Below, piece after piece: positions 27,568-37,644 of a DNA stretch of 64,000 nucleotides (within the stretch, counting starts at the first letter, position 1; the number at the start of each line of letters is the position of its first letter). The notes under the pieces are model-generated. The model made no database searches. It saw only the letters and a program-made list of their open reading frames with translations, and was not told the DNA's origin. Origin of the DNA: Pseudomonadota bacterium (GTDB taxonomy: Bacteria; Pseudomonadota; Gammaproteobacteria; Burkholderiales; JBFMAC01); the NCBI GenBank assembly GCA_040756015.1, contig JBFMAC010000007.1, positions 42,685 to 106,684 of the forward strand, written 5' to 3'. A program made the position numbers and the translations under genes.

Positions 27568-28956
27568 ATGAGCGCCTGGCCCAAGTACCTGACGGATTGT
27601 TGTACGGCGGTGGGCATGACCCCGCCTTGGGTGGTGAGCGGGCGCCTCACGCGTGTTGCCGGCCTGGTGATGGAGGCGGTGGGCTTGAAGCTGTCGGTGG
27701 GCAGCGGTTGTTACATCTACACGCCCACCGGGCAGCGCGTCGATGCCGAGGTGGTGGGATTTTCCGGAGAACGGTTGTTTCTGATGCCGTCTTCCGACAT
27801 TTACGGGCTTGAACCCGGTGCCTGGGTGACGCCCGCCGATTCCACGGTGACGCGGGTGCCCAGGCTGGGCCAGGATTTCTTCCCGCGTCGCCGTGCTGCG
27901 GATCGTACGCGCCAAGTGGTGGTGGGTGCCAATTTGCTGGGGCGCATTCTGGATGGTGCCGGACGTCCGCTTGACAACCTCGGCCCGCTGCACGCGGAAA
28001 AATACGTGCCGCTGTACAGCCGTCCGGTCAATCCGCTGGAGCGCACGCCGATTCGCGATGTGCTCGATGTCGGCGTGCGCTCCATCAACGCCCTGCTTAC
28101 CGTAGGACGCGGCCAGCGTCTGGGACTGTTCGCCGGCAGCGGCGTGGGCAAGAGCGTGCTGCTCGGCATGATGGCGCGCTATACCAGCGCCGACGTGGTG
28201 GTGGTCGGACTGATCGGCGAACGCGGGCGCGAGGTCAAGGAATTCATCGAGAACATCCTCGGTGCCGAAGGGCTGGCGCGCTCGGTGGTGGTGGCGGCAC
28301 CGGCCGACACACCGCCGCTGCTGCGCCTGCACGGCGCGGCGTATGCCACCGCCATCGCGGAATATTTCCGCGACCAGGGGTTGAACGTGCTGCTCATCAT
28401 GGATTCGCTGACGCGCTTTGCCATGGCGCAGCGCGAAATCGCGCTGGCCATCGGCGAGCCGCCGGCGACCAAGGGCTATCCGCCCTCTGTGTTCGCGAAA
28501 TTGCCGCAGTTAGTCGAGCGCGCCGGCAACGGGCGCAGCGGCGCCGGTTCGATCACCGCGTTTTACACCGTGCTGACCGAGGGGGACGACCAGCAGGATC
28601 CCATCGCCGATAACGCGCGCGCGATCCTCGACGGCCATATCGTGTTGTCGCGCGCTTTGTCCGACCAGGGGCATTATCCGGCGATAGACGTGGAGGCCTC
28701 GATCAGCCGTGCGCTGACCGAACTGGTGCAGCCGCGCGAACTCGACAGCATCCGCCGCTTCAAGTTTTACTATTCGCGCTACCAGCGCAGCCGCGACCTC
28801 ATCAACGTCGGCGCCTATGTGCGCGGCAGCGACCCGGTGCTCGATGAGGCGATCGCCAAGCGCGATGAGATGGAGGCGTTCCTCCAGCAGAACATGTACG
28901 AGCGCGCCGAATACGCCGATTCCCGCCAGCGGCTGGATGCGCTGTTTGCGGCGTGA
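27568..28956 (+). CDS. fliI: Flagellar export ATPase
   Basis: [25 protein letters not shown] and GHYPAID. Confidence 0.97.
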   Translation: MSAWPKYLTDCCTAVGMTPPWVVSGRLTRVAGLVMEAVGLKLSVGSGCYIYTPTGQRVDAEVVGFSGERLFLMPSSDIYGLEPGAWVTPADSTVTRVPRLGQDFFPRRRAADRTRQVVVGANLLGRILDGAGRPLDNLGPLHAEKYVPLYSRPVNPLERTPIRDVLDVGVRSINALLTVGRGQRLGLFAGSGVGKSVLLGMMARYTSADVVVVGLIGERGREVKEFIENILGAEGLARSVVVAAPADTPPLLRLHGAAYATAIAEYFRDQGLNVLLIMDSLTRFAMAQREIALAIGEPPATKGYPPSVFAKLPQLVERAGNGRSGAGSITAFYTVLTEGDDQQDPIADNARAILDGHIVLSRALSDQGHYPAIDVEASISRALTELVQPRELDSIRRFKFYYSRYQRSRDLINVGAYVRGSDPVLDEAIAKRDEMEAFLQQNMYERAEYADSRQRLDALFAA

Positions 28957-28962
28957 TGAGCG

Positions 28963-29412
28963 ATGGCCAAGAAATTCCCTCTGCAATCCCTGCTTGATCT
29001 GTCGCAGAACCGCACCGATGCGGCGGCGAAGAAGCTGTCCTCGCTCAAGGTAAGGTGGCAGGAGGCGGAAGACAAGCTCAACCAGCTCGAGCAATATCGC
29101 GCCGAATACCAGGAACGCTTGCGGCTGGCGTTACAGCGCGGCATCGGTGCCGCGGAATGGCGCGATTTCCAGGCCTTCCTCAGCAAGCTCGAACTCGCCA
29201 TCCGTCAGCAGGCCGAGGAAAGCCAGCGTTGCAAGCGCGCCTGGGAGAACGGGCAGAAAGACTGGCTCAGCGAGAGCGGCAAATTCAAGGCTTTCGATAC
29301 GCTGGCGCAACGCCACCATGAGGTGGAATCCAAGCGCGAGGCGCAGATCGAGCAGCGTGAGCATGACGATCTGGTCACGCGCAGCCACGGCAAACCCAGA
29401 GAGGAAAGTTAG
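28963..29412 (+). CDS. fliJ: Flagellar export chaperone FliJ
   Basis: Coiled-coil protein directly after fliI; LEQYRAEY and EQREHDD. Confidence 0.9.
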   Translation: MAKKFPLQSLLDLSQNRTDAAAKKLSSLKVRWQEAEDKLNQLEQYRAEYQERLRLALQRGIGAAEWRDFQAFLSKLELAIRQQAEESQRCKRAWENGQKDWLSESGKFKAFDTLAQRHHEVESKREAQIEQREHDDLVTRSHGKPREES

Positions 29413-29423
29413 CTTTTCTGCGC

Positions 29424-29439
29424 TGGCATGGCCCTTGCT
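29424..29439 (+). promoter_or_regulatory. Sigma54 -24/-12 promoter upstream of fliK
   Basis: TGGCATGGCCCTTGCT with exact spacing. Confidence 0.8.
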
Positions 29440-29480
29440 GATGATCACGGCGTGTGATCATGAGATGAAAGGGTTGTGCT

Positions 29481-30518
29481 GTGTCTGAACCTGTTATTTC
29501 CAACGTATTGGCGCAATTCACGCTTATGCCGGAGAGGCTGCCTGCCGCCGCATCGGCTGAAGAAATGGCCAGGGGCCTGGATTTCAGCGAGATTTTCGGG
29601 GTGTTGCTGGGTGCATTGCCGCCAGATGGTACGCTGTTGCCGGGAGCGGTGGATGCGCTGGAAGCCAGTCCTGACGCGGATGTGGACGTTCAGCAACAGG
29701 CAGGCGCGGCGCGGTTTGCCGCCGATGCCGCCACCTTGCTGCCCGGCCAGGTATTGCCCCCAGCCCAGGTCATGCCGGCTGGCCAAGTGGATATGGAACA
29801 GGGCGTGTCGGCACCCATGGTTGACCTGGGCGCGATGTTGCCGGTCACCGTTCAGGCGGGGGTGCAGGCAACCGGGCACGACGGCGATGAGGCGGCAAAT
29901 TTTGCCTCCCCTGGAGCTTTTTTGCCGGTTTCCGACGATGACCTGCCGGTACGGCAGGGGTTTGCTGATCCCGGGATGATCCAGAACACGGCCGTTGATG
30001 GCCAGGCGGCGGTACCCATGGCGTCAGGCCAAGTCGTGCACCAAGCCGCCGCCACAGCCGAGGCGCGCCCGGCCACGAGCGTGGCCACGCATGTCGCACC
30101 GCACATCAGCCATGCCGAGTGGAATGATGCCTTCAGCCAGAAGGTGGTGTGGATGGCTGGGCAGCAGCACCAGCAGGCCGACATCCAGATCAATCCGCCT
30201 AACTTGGGGCCGGTCGAAGTGCGCCTGTCGCTCAACCAGGATCAGGCCAGCCTGATGTTCATTTCGCCGCATGCGGCGGTGCGCGATGCGATCCAATCGG
30301 CATTGCCGCGCTTGCAGGACATGATGGCAAGCAGTGGCTTGACGCTGGGCAATGTCTTCGTCGGCTCGGAAGCGGCGCAGCAGCAGGCTTACGGCGAGCG
30401 CCAAGCCAGACATGGCGGTGCGGGGGGTGAGCTTGCCGGCGAGGTGGTCGGCATGGGCGGCGTGAGCGGAGAGCTGTACTTGCCGCGGCACCATGGCATG
30501 GTGGATTTGTTCGCATAG
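29481..30518 (+). CDS. fliK: Flagellar hook-length control protein
   Basis: C-terminal W..AFSQKV...QINPPNLGPVEV...RDAIQSALPRLQDM. Confidence 0.9.
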   Translation: MSEPVISNVLAQFTLMPERLPAAASAEEMARGLDFSEIFGVLLGALPPDGTLLPGAVDALEASPDADVDVQQQAGAARFAADAATLLPGQVLPPAQVMPAGQVDMEQGVSAPMVDLGAMLPVTVQAGVQATGHDGDEAANFASPGAFLPVSDDDLPVRQGFADPGMIQNTAVDGQAAVPMASGQVVHQAAATAEARPATSVATHVAPHISHAEWNDAFSQKVVWMAGQQHQQADIQINPPNLGPVEVRLSLNQDQASLMFISPHAAVRDAIQSALPRLQDMMASSGLTLGNVFVGSEAAQQQAYGERQARHGGAGGELAGEVVGMGGVSGELYLPRHHGMVDLFA

Positions 30519-30553
30519 CCATACTTCATCCTTTTCCTTTTGTCAGATAGTTG

Positions 30554-30580
30554 CGGCAGCCCAGGCTGCCGTTTCTTTTT
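30554..30580 (+). terminator. Rho-independent terminator after fliK
   Basis: cggcagc-ccag-gctgccg followed by tttctttttt. Confidence 0.75.
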
Positions 30581-30696
30581 TGCAGATTTTGCTTGATTTT
30601 TTTTGGGTTTGATATTACAAAGCACGTAAAGTTATCCGTCAAACCATTTGTTTTTACTGGTTTGTTTATTGTTGACAACTTGTGGTGAGCGAGGAA

Positions 30697-31341
30697 ATGG
30701 CAAAAGAGGCAGCCAAGGCCGACAAGGCATCAAAGGATAAAACAAAGGATAATCAAGAAGCTGTGGGTGAGGGCGAGGAGGGCGCACAGCCCAAGAAAAA
30801 GAATCGCCTGAAGTTTTTGCTGCTGATCTTGGTGGTATTGTTGGCCGGGGGGGGCGGGGCGGCCTGGTATTTCATGCAGCCCAAGGGCGATGCCGGAGCG
30901 GTCGACGAGCCCCAAGCCGAGGCAAAGCCGGCCAAACCGGAAGCGCCGCCCATTTTCGTCACGCTTGAACCGTTTACCGTCAACTTGTTGAGCGACGGCG
31001 GCGATCACTATCTGCAAGTTGGCATAGATTTGAAAGTGGCGGATGAGAAGGTGCCGGAGCAGGTCAAGTTGCACATGCCGGAAATTCGCAACAGCGTGCT
31101 GCTGTTATTGTCGAGCAAGCACGTGTCGGATCTCGTCACGGTCGAGGGCAAAAACAAATTGCGCGCCGAAATCCGTCGCCAAGTGAACGAGCATTTGGGC
31201 ATAGCGCCGCCTGAGCCAGCGGCGCCGGCAGCGGATGCAGCATCCGCGCCTGCCCCGGCGGAAACCCCACCGGAAGTCGCCGCCGAAGAGCCGCAAGAAG
31301 GGGTGCTGAGCGTATTGTTAACTTCGTTCGTGATCCAGTAA
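30697..31341 (+). CDS. fliL: Flagellar basal body protein FliL
   Basis: Single TM followed by LEPFTVNL, PEIRNSV and C-terminal TSFVIQ; start may be GTG 30682. Confidence 0.93.
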   Translation: MAKEAAKADKASKDKTKDNQEAVGEGEEGAQPKKKNRLKFLLLILVVLLAGGGGAAWYFMQPKGDAGAVDEPQAEAKPAKPEAPPIFVTLEPFTVNLLSDGGDHYLQVGIDLKVADEKVPEQVKLHMPEIRNSVLLLLSSKHVSDLVTVEGKNKLRAEIRRQVNEHLGIAPPEPAAPAADAASAPAPAETPPEVAAEEPQEGVLSVLLTSFVIQ

Positions 31342-31345
31342 AGGC

Positions 31346-32347
31346 ATGGCCGACGACATACTTTCCCAGGAAGAGGTTGATGCGCTGCTGCGCGGAGTGA
31401 GTGGCGAGGTCGAGGAGGCCAAGCCGGAAAGCGCGGAAGAAGGTATACGTCCCTACGACATCGGCCGCCAGGAACGCATCGTGCGCGGGCGCATGCCCAC
31501 GCTCGAACTCATCAACGAACGTTTTGCCCGGTTGTTCCGCATCGGCCTGTTCAACTTCATGCGCCGCAACGCGGAGATATCGGTCGGTCCGGTGCGGGTG
31601 GTGAAGTACAGCGAGTTCGTGCGCAACCTGGTGGTGCCGACCAACCTCAACCTGGTGCAGATCAAGCCGTTGCGTGGCACCGCGCTGTTCATCTTCGACC
31701 CCAACCTGGTATTCCATGTGGTCGACAGCCTGTTCGGTGGCGAGGGGCGCTTCCACATGCGTGTCGAAGGTCGCGACTTCACTCCCACCGAGCAGCGCAT
31801 CATCCGCCAACTGCTCGACTTGGTGTTTCAGGAGTACAAGAAATCCTGGGAGCCGATTTTCAAGATCGATTTCGAGTATGTACGCTCCGAGGTCAACACC
31901 CAGTTCGCCAACATCGTGACCCCCAGCGAAGTGGTGGTGACCACCAGCTTCAGTATCGAATTGGGGGCGGGCAGCGGCGAGTTTCACGTCTGCATCCCCT
32001 ATGCTATGATCGAACCAATCCGCGACGTGATTTACAGCGGCATGCAGGCCGACCGCATGGAAGCGGACGAGCGCTGGCAAAACCAGTTGCGCGTGCAGGT
32101 GCAGAACGCCGTAGTGAATCTGGTGGCCACGCTGGGGCATGCGCCGGTGACCCTGCGGCAGGTCATGGATCTCAAGGAGGGTGACGTGATCTCCTTGGAA
32201 ATTCCCGAGGCGATCATTGCCGAGGTCGACGGCATTCCGGTGCTGGAATGTGGTTATGGCGTGTTGAACGGGCAATATGCGTTGAAGGTAAACAAATTCA
32301 TCACGGGCGACGATTTCTGGGCAGTTTGCGGAGGGGGAGATGGCTGA
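31346..32347 (+). CDS. fliM: Flagellar motor switch protein FliM
   Basis: ILSQEEVDALL, GRMPTLELINERFAR and GRDFTPTE. Confidence 0.97.
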   Translation: MADDILSQEEVDALLRGVSGEVEEAKPESAEEGIRPYDIGRQERIVRGRMPTLELINERFARLFRIGLFNFMRRNAEISVGPVRVVKYSEFVRNLVVPTNLNLVQIKPLRGTALFIFDPNLVFHVVDSLFGGEGRFHMRVEGRDFTPTEQRIIRQLLDLVFQEYKKSWEPIFKIDFEYVRSEVNTQFANIVTPSEVVVTTSFSIELGAGSGEFHVCIPYAMIEPIRDVIYSGMQADRMEADERWQNQLRVQVQNAVVNLVATLGHAPVTLRQVMDLKEGDVISLEIPEAIIAEVDGIPVLECGYGVLNGQYALKVNKFITGDDFWAVCGGGDG

Positions 32348-32735
32348 CGATGATGCCATAAGCGCTGACGACTGGGCTGCCGCCATGGCGGAGCAGGCGC
32401 CCGCGCAGGCCACGCCGCAGCCCACGCCGGCGGCGTTCCAGGAACTCAGCCCCGGCCTGGCGGCGGGCGCCCAGCACAACCTGGACATGATCCTGGACAT
32501 TCCGGTGCAGATCACCGTGGAACTGGGGCGCACCAGGATCGCCATCCGCAATTTGCTGCAACTTGCGCAAGGCTCGGTGGTAGAGTTGGACGGCTTGGCC
32601 GGCGAACCGATGAGCGTGCTGGTCAATGGTTTTCTGATTGCCCAAGGCGAAGTGGTGGTGGTCAACGACAAGTTTGGCATACGCCTGACCGACATCATCA
32701 CGCCGGACGAACGGCTGCGTCGCCTGAAACGATGA
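32340..32735 (+). CDS. fliN: Flagellar motor switch protein FliN
   Basis: ILDIPVQITVELGRT and GEVVVVNDKFGIR. Confidence 0.97.
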   Translation: MADDDAISADDWAAAMAEQAPAQATPQPTPAAFQELSPGLAAGAQHNLDMILDIPVQITVELGRTRIAIRNLLQLAQGSVVELDGLAGEPMSVLVNGFLIAQGEVVVVNDKFGIRLTDIITPDERLRRLKR

Positions 32736-33172
32736 ATCGCGCCATGCTCAGCGTGGCCTTGCTGCTGGGGCATGGTGGCGCTTGGGCTGCGCAGTCCGCC
32801 GATGTACTTCCTCCCGCTTTGAATAACGTTTCTCCGCTGGCCGGCATGTTGCAAGTCATGCTGGGGCTGGTATTGGTATTGGCCGCGTTGGCCGCGACGG
32901 TGTGGCTGCTGCGGCGTTTCGCCCCGGGTGCGGCGGGCGCGGGCGGGGCGGTCAGAATTATCGGTGGCGTGATGGTCGGGCCCAAGGAAAAGGTGATCCT
33001 GGTGGAAGTCGGCGATACCTGGCTACTGCTGGGAGTGGGAGGTGGACAGGTCAATGCGCTGCATAGCATGCCCAAGCCGGAGAATGCCGAAGCCTTGACG
33101 GTGGCCGGCGTGCCGCCCACCGGTTTTGCGGAATGGATCAGGGATGCCATGCAGCGTCGCAAAAATGGGTAA
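32732..33172 (+). CDS. fliO: Flagellar biogenesis protein FliO
   Basis: TM segment followed by [13 protein letters not shown] and LLGV; lies between fliN and fliP. Confidence 0.9.
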   Translation: MNRAMLSVALLLGHGGAWAAQSADVLPPALNNVSPLAGMLQVMLGLVLVLAALAATVWLLRRFAPGAAGAGGAVRIIGGVMVGPKEKVILVEVGDTWLLLGVGGGQVNALHSMPKPENAEALTVAGVPPTGFAEWIRDAMQRRKNG

Positions 33173-33899
33173 GTCGCGCTTTTTTCTGTTACTGACGTTG
33201 CTGCTGCCGTCTTTCGCGCTGGCGCAGATACCGGCAGTCACCGCCGTGCCGGCGCCGGGTGGCGGCCAGACCTACACGCTCAGCATCCAGACGCTGCTGT
33301 TCATTACCGCGCTGACCTTCCTGCCGGCATTGCTGTTGATGATGACATCGTTCACGCGCATCGTCATCGTGCTGTCGCTGTTGCGGCAGGCGCTCGGCAC
33401 CATTCAGACGCCGCCTAACCAGGTGTTGATCGGGTTGTCGCTGTTCCTGACTTTTTTCGTGATGGCGCCAGTGTTCGACAAGATTTATGTCGATGCCTAC
33501 AAGCCGTTCAGCGAGAACCGGCTGACCTTCGAGCAGGCACTGGATAAGGGCGAGAAGCCGCTCAAGGAATTCATGCTGCGGCAGACTCGGCAGTCCGATC
33601 TGGCGTTGTTCGCCAAGATGGCGAATACGCCGCCGATGCAGGGGCCGGAGCAGGTGCCGATGCGCATCCTGGTGCCGGCCTATGTGATCAGTGAATTGAA
33701 GACTGCGTTCCAGATCGGCTTCGTGGTGTTCATCCCCTTCCTCATCATCGACATGGTGGTGGCCAGCGTGCTGATGTCGATGGGCATGATGATGCTTTCG
33801 CCGGTGGTGATTTCGCTGCCGTTCAAGCTCATGCTGTTCGTCCTGGTGGACGGCTGGAATTTGCTGATCGGTTCTCTGGTGCAAAGCTTCTACACATGA
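33165..33899 (+). CDS. fliP: Flagellar export protein FliP
   Basis: [24 protein letters not shown] and [15 protein letters not shown]. Confidence 0.97.
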   Translation: MGKSRFFLLLTLLLPSFALAQIPAVTAVPAPGGGQTYTLSIQTLLFITALTFLPALLLMMTSFTRIVIVLSLLRQALGTIQTPPNQVLIGLSLFLTFFVMAPVFDKIYVDAYKPFSENRLTFEQALDKGEKPLKEFMLRQTRQSDLALFAKMANTPPMQGPEQVPMRILVPAYVISELKTAFQIGFVVFIPFLIIDMVVASVLMSMGMMMLSPVVISLPFKLMLFVLVDGWNLLIGSLVQSFYT

Positions 33900-34165
33900 A
33901 CGCGGATGCCGTCATCACCCTGGCGCAGCAGGCGCTGCAAATCACCGTGCTGGTGGCGGCGCCGCTGCTGCTGGCTGCGCTGATTACTGGCCTGATCGTT
34001 AGCATTTTCCAAGCGGCCACGCAGATCAACGAAATGACGCTGTCGTTCATTCCCAAGCTCCTGGTGATGTTCTTGGTGGCCGCGCTTGCCGGCCCGTGGA
34101 TGCTCAACCTGCTCATCGATTACACGCAGCGGCTGTTCGCGAGCATCCCGACGTTGGCGGGATAA
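33896..34165 (+). CDS. fliQ: Flagellar export protein FliQ
   Basis: [16 protein letters not shown]. Confidence 0.97.
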   Translation: MNADAVITLAQQALQITVLVAAPLLLAALITGLIVSIFQAATQINEMTLSFIPKLLVMFLVAALAGPWMLNLLIDYTQRLFASIPTLAG

Positions 34166-34168
34166 GCC

Positions 34169-34960
34169 ATGATCAGCTTCAGCGACGCCCAGCTCAATGC
34201 CTGGATCGCTGCTTTCATGTGGCCATTCTTTCGCGTCCTCGGCCTGGTCGCCAGCGAACCGGTGCTGGGCAATCGCAGCGTGCCGGTGAGCGTGAAAATC
34301 GGCGTGGCCCTGCTCATTACCTTCCTGCTCACGCCGCTGCTTGCCCCGTTCCCCAGGGTGGAGCCGGCTTCGGCCATGGGGCTGCTGATCGCCGCACAGC
34401 AGGTGCTGATCGGCGTCGCCATGGGATTTACCATGCGCATCATTTTTATCGCGGTGGAAATGGCTGGCCACTTGGCGGGACTGCAAATGGGGCTGGGCTT
34501 TGCCGTGCTCTTCGACCCGCAAAATTCGGCGCAGACTGCGATCGTGGCGCAATTTGCCGGGCTGGTTGTGATCCTACTGTTTCTAGCCCTCAACGGGCAT
34601 TATTGGGTGTTGAGCACGCTCGCGGACAGCTTCCGTGCCTTGCCAATTTCCGCGGAACCGCTGGCGGCGGCGGGGTGGCTGACGCTGGTACAGTGGGGCG
34701 GGCAGATATTCAGCGCTGGCGTGCTGTTGTCCCTACCGGTGGTGGCGGCGCTGCTGATCACCAACATCGGCATCGGCATCATGTCGCGCGCCGCGCCGCA
34801 ACTCAATATTTTTGCGGTGGGTTTTCCCCTCACACTGGCGGTGGGTTTCTTCGCACTTTATTTTTCCATGCCTTATTTCCTGCCGGCGTTGGAACGCCTG
34901 TTCCAGGGCGGCATGGAAGCCATCCTGCATATCCTGCGCGGTTTCGTTTATCCGGCATAA
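34169..34960 (+). CDS. fliR: Flagellar export protein FliR
   Basis: QMGLGFA and RAAPQLNIFAVGFP. Confidence 0.96.
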   Translation: MISFSDAQLNAWIAAFMWPFFRVLGLVASEPVLGNRSVPVSVKIGVALLITFLLTPLLAPFPRVEPASAMGLLIAAQQVLIGVAMGFTMRIIFIAVEMAGHLAGLQMGLGFAVLFDPQNSAQTAIVAQFAGLVVILLFLALNGHYWVLSTLADSFRALPISAEPLAAAGWLTLVQWGGQIFSAGVLLSLPVVAALLITNIGIGIMSRAAPQLNIFAVGFPLTLAVGFFALYFSMPYFLPALERLFQGGMEAILHILRGFVYPA

Positions 34961-35147
34961 GAATTGCTGCTGATACGGGTGAGTAGCACGGCATTCTGTG
35001 GCCGATATCCCAGGAAATTCTGCTTTTACATGTTTTTCATGGGGTTGTAAAAAGCAGGGGGCAAGTGCCACTCAATTTTTTACTGTCTCGCCCGTTATAG
35101 AAATTACCAGCCGTGAGAACGGCAGGTCATCACAAACGGAGGTTATC

Positions 35148-35363
35148 ATGCGTATGGTGATGGATATGGAAACAGGAATGTTTGCAGCGGAAAGCAGCGA
35201 TGACCCGCAAACCTACGGCACGGAAGTGCTGTGCGCCAACTGGAATCCGTTGGTGACCATGGTGGCTGAGGTTATGCCGCATCATGACCAGCAACCCGCG
35301 TTGCCGCTGGACCTGGTGGGTGAAGATGCGGACGCGTTCATCAGCCGCATGAGCGTTTGCTGA
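35148..35363 (+). CDS. Small acidic hypothetical protein (71 aa)
   Basis: ATG preceded by a GGAGG RBS; MRMVMDMETGMF...FISRMSVC; no recognised motif. Confidence 0.6.
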   Translation: MRMVMDMETGMFAAESSDDPQTYGTEVLCANWNPLVTMVAEVMPHHDQQPALPLDLVGEDADAFISRMSVC

Positions 35364-35620
35364 GTTGAATTTTGAATTGCAGTACCCGCACTGACTGCCG
35401 TGCATAAGGGCATGGCTTGGGACTGAGTTGCTGAGTCGTTGTCCTGGCCCGTGCCTGTCGGTCGATGCAACGCGGCAGCTGGAATTTTGTTTTTCGTTTT
35501 TTCCATCTCCGTTTTTCCCTTCGTTTCTCAGGGCCTGTATTTTGCCTTCCCGTGCCGATTGCGGCCCACTGCCCGTCCTGATTTCGGGTACACTACGCTT
35601 TTTTTTGGGTTCTGGAATAC

Positions 35621-36499
35621 ATGCTCAAGGGCAGCCTAGTTGCCATCGTCACCCCCATGCAGGAGGACGGCGGCCTTGATTTGGAGCGCTTTCAGCGGCT
35701 GATCGATTTTCACGTGCAGCAGGGCAGCGATGGAGTGGTTGTGGTCGGCACCACTGGCGAGTCGCCCACTGTCGATTTCGACGAACACCACACGCTGATC
35801 AAGGTCGCGGTCGAGCATTCCGCCGGCCGCATCCCGGTAATTGCCGGTACCGGCGCCAATTCCACTGCCGAGGCGATCGAGCTGGCGGCGTACGCCAAGC
35901 AGGTGGGCGCCGACATGAGTCTGAGCGTGGTGCCGTATTACAATAAGCCGACCCAGGAAGGGCTGTACCGCCACTTCAAGGCGATTGCCGAGGCAGTGGA
36001 TATGCCGCACATCCTCTATAATGTGCCCGGCCGTACCGCCTGCGACCTAGGCAATGACACTGTGCTGCGGCTAGCGCAGCTTCCCAATATCGTCGGCATC
36101 AAGGACGCCACCGGTAACATCGAGCGTGGCAGCGACCTGCTGCGCCGCGTACCAGCCGGTTTTGCGGTATACAGCGGCGACGATGCCAGCGCGTTGGCGC
36201 TGATGCTGCTCGGCGGCCATGGTGTCATTTCGGTGACCGCCAATATCGCGCCGCGCCTGATGCATGAAATGTGCGATGCCGCATTCAAGCTCGATGTGCC
36301 GCGCGCGCGCGAAATCAACAACCGGCTGCTCGGTCTGCACCGGCACCTGTTCGTCGAAGCCAATCCGATACCGGTGAAGTGGGCGGCACAGGAGATGGGG
36401 CTGGTTGCAGGGGGCATCCGTTTGCCTTTGACGCCGCTGTCGGCGGCTCATCACGACTTGGTGCGCGCAGCCATGCGCGAAGCGGGGGTGGCGGTCTGA
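35621..36499 (+). CDS. dapA: 4-hydroxy-tetrahydrodipicolinate synthase
   Basis: GTTGES, GTGANST, PYYNKP, YNVPGRT and GIKDATG. Confidence 0.98.
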   Translation: MLKGSLVAIVTPMQEDGGLDLERFQRLIDFHVQQGSDGVVVVGTTGESPTVDFDEHHTLIKVAVEHSAGRIPVIAGTGANSTAEAIELAAYAKQVGADMSLSVVPYYNKPTQEGLYRHFKAIAEAVDMPHILYNVPGRTACDLGNDTVLRLAQLPNIVGIKDATGNIERGSDLLRRVPAGFAVYSGDDASALALMLLGGHGVISVTANIAPRLMHEMCDAAFKLDVPRAREINNRLLGLHRHLFVEANPIPVKWAAQEMGLVAGGIRLPLTPLSAAHHDLVRAAMREAGVAV

Positions 36500-37638
36500 T
36501 GGCTGGAATGAACATGAAGCATAGGGCGATGGCGGCAATGTTGGCGGGCGCAGTGCTTGCCGGATGCTCGCAGTTGGCCGAGAACAAAAAACTGGATTAC
36601 CGCACTTCGGTGACGCTACCGCCGCTGGACGTACCGCCCGACCTGACCCAGCCGGGCAGCGATGAGCGCTATGTCGTTCCCGATGTGGCTCCGCAGGGCA
36701 GTGCCACCTACTCCGCTTATGCCAAGGAACGCAATGGCCAGGCACAACCCGTTGTGGCGGCGGCCAGCGCGTTGCTGCCGGCGTCGGACAAGGTGCGGGT
36801 GGAGCGCGCCGGTGCGCAACGCTGGCTGGTGGTGCGCGAAACTCCGGAAACACTGTGGCCGCAGATCAAGCAGTTTTTGCAGGATGCCGGTTTTGCCATT
36901 GCCGTGGAGAAGCCGGAGGCGGGCATCCTGGAAACCGAGTGGGCCGAGAACCGCGCCAAGATTCCGCAAAGCGGGTTGCGCAACATCATCGGCAAGGTGC
37001 TGGAGAACATGTATTCGAGTTCGGAGCGCGACAAGTTCCGGGTGCGCCTGGAGCGCGGTGCGGAGCCCGGCATCTCCGAGGTGTACATCAGTCATCGCGG
37101 CATGGAGGAAGTGTTCGTCAGCGAAGGGCATGACCAGACCAGGTGGCAGCCGCGCCCGTCCGATCCGGAAATGGAAGCGGAAATGCTGCGCCGCCTGATG
37201 GTGCGCTTCGGTGCCGAAGAGGCGCGTGCCGACGCACAGATTGTCGCGACGCAGGTACAACAGGCGCAATTGCAGCAGGCGGCGGGTGGCGGCATGAACC
37301 TGCTGCTCAACGACGGTTTCGAGCGTGCCTGGCGACGCGTCGGTCTGGCGCTGGAACGCATCGGTTTCACCGTCGAGGATCGCGACCGCTCACAGGGTAT
37401 TTATTTCGTGCGTTATGCCGATGCCGAGGAGGGGGGGCGCAAGAAATCCAAGGGGCTGTTCGCCAGGCTGAAGTTCTGGGAAAGCGAGCAGGCGACGGCA
37501 AAACCGACGCAATTCCGCATCAACGTCAGCGCTGCCGGCGGCGGCAGTGTGGTGCGCGTGCTGGGGCAGGAGGGGGGCAAGGACGATCCCGAGACCGCCG
37601 CGCACATCCTCAACATGCTGCTGGAACAACTCAAGTAA
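36499..37638 (+). CDS. bamC: Outer membrane assembly lipoprotein BamC (NlpB/DapX)
   Basis: LAGC lipobox, LDVPPDL, ETEWAENR, RDKFRVRLE and DRDRSQG; directly after dapA. Confidence 0.9.
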   Translation: MAGMNMKHRAMAAMLAGAVLAGCSQLAENKKLDYRTSVTLPPLDVPPDLTQPGSDERYVVPDVAPQGSATYSAYAKERNGQAQPVVAAASALLPASDKVRVERAGAQRWLVVRETPETLWPQIKQFLQDAGFAIAVEKPEAGILETEWAENRAKIPQSGLRNIIGKVLENMYSSSERDKFRVRLERGAEPGISEVYISHRGMEEVFVSEGHDQTRWQPRPSDPEMEAEMLRRLMVRFGAEEARADAQIVATQVQQAQLQQAAGGGMNLLLNDGFERAWRRVGLALERIGFTVEDRDRSQGIYFVRYADAEEGGRKKSKGLFARLKFWESEQATAKPTQFRINVSAAGGGSVVRVLGQEGGKDDPETAAHILNMLLEQLK

Positions 37639-37644
37639 CAGTCC

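Noticed and set aside
27835-27915. Insertion in FliI ([18 protein letters not shown])
   Set aside because: No DNA palindrome or repeat signature; as I recall, similar inserts occur in betaproteobacterial FliI.
30658-30673. Sigma54 promoter before fliL
   Set aside because: TGGTTTGTTTATTGT has GT instead of the essential GC at -12 and a poor -24 box.
35364-35620. Lysine riboswitch upstream of dapA
   Set aside because: No recognisable L-box core (AGAGGUGC...) or terminator architecture.
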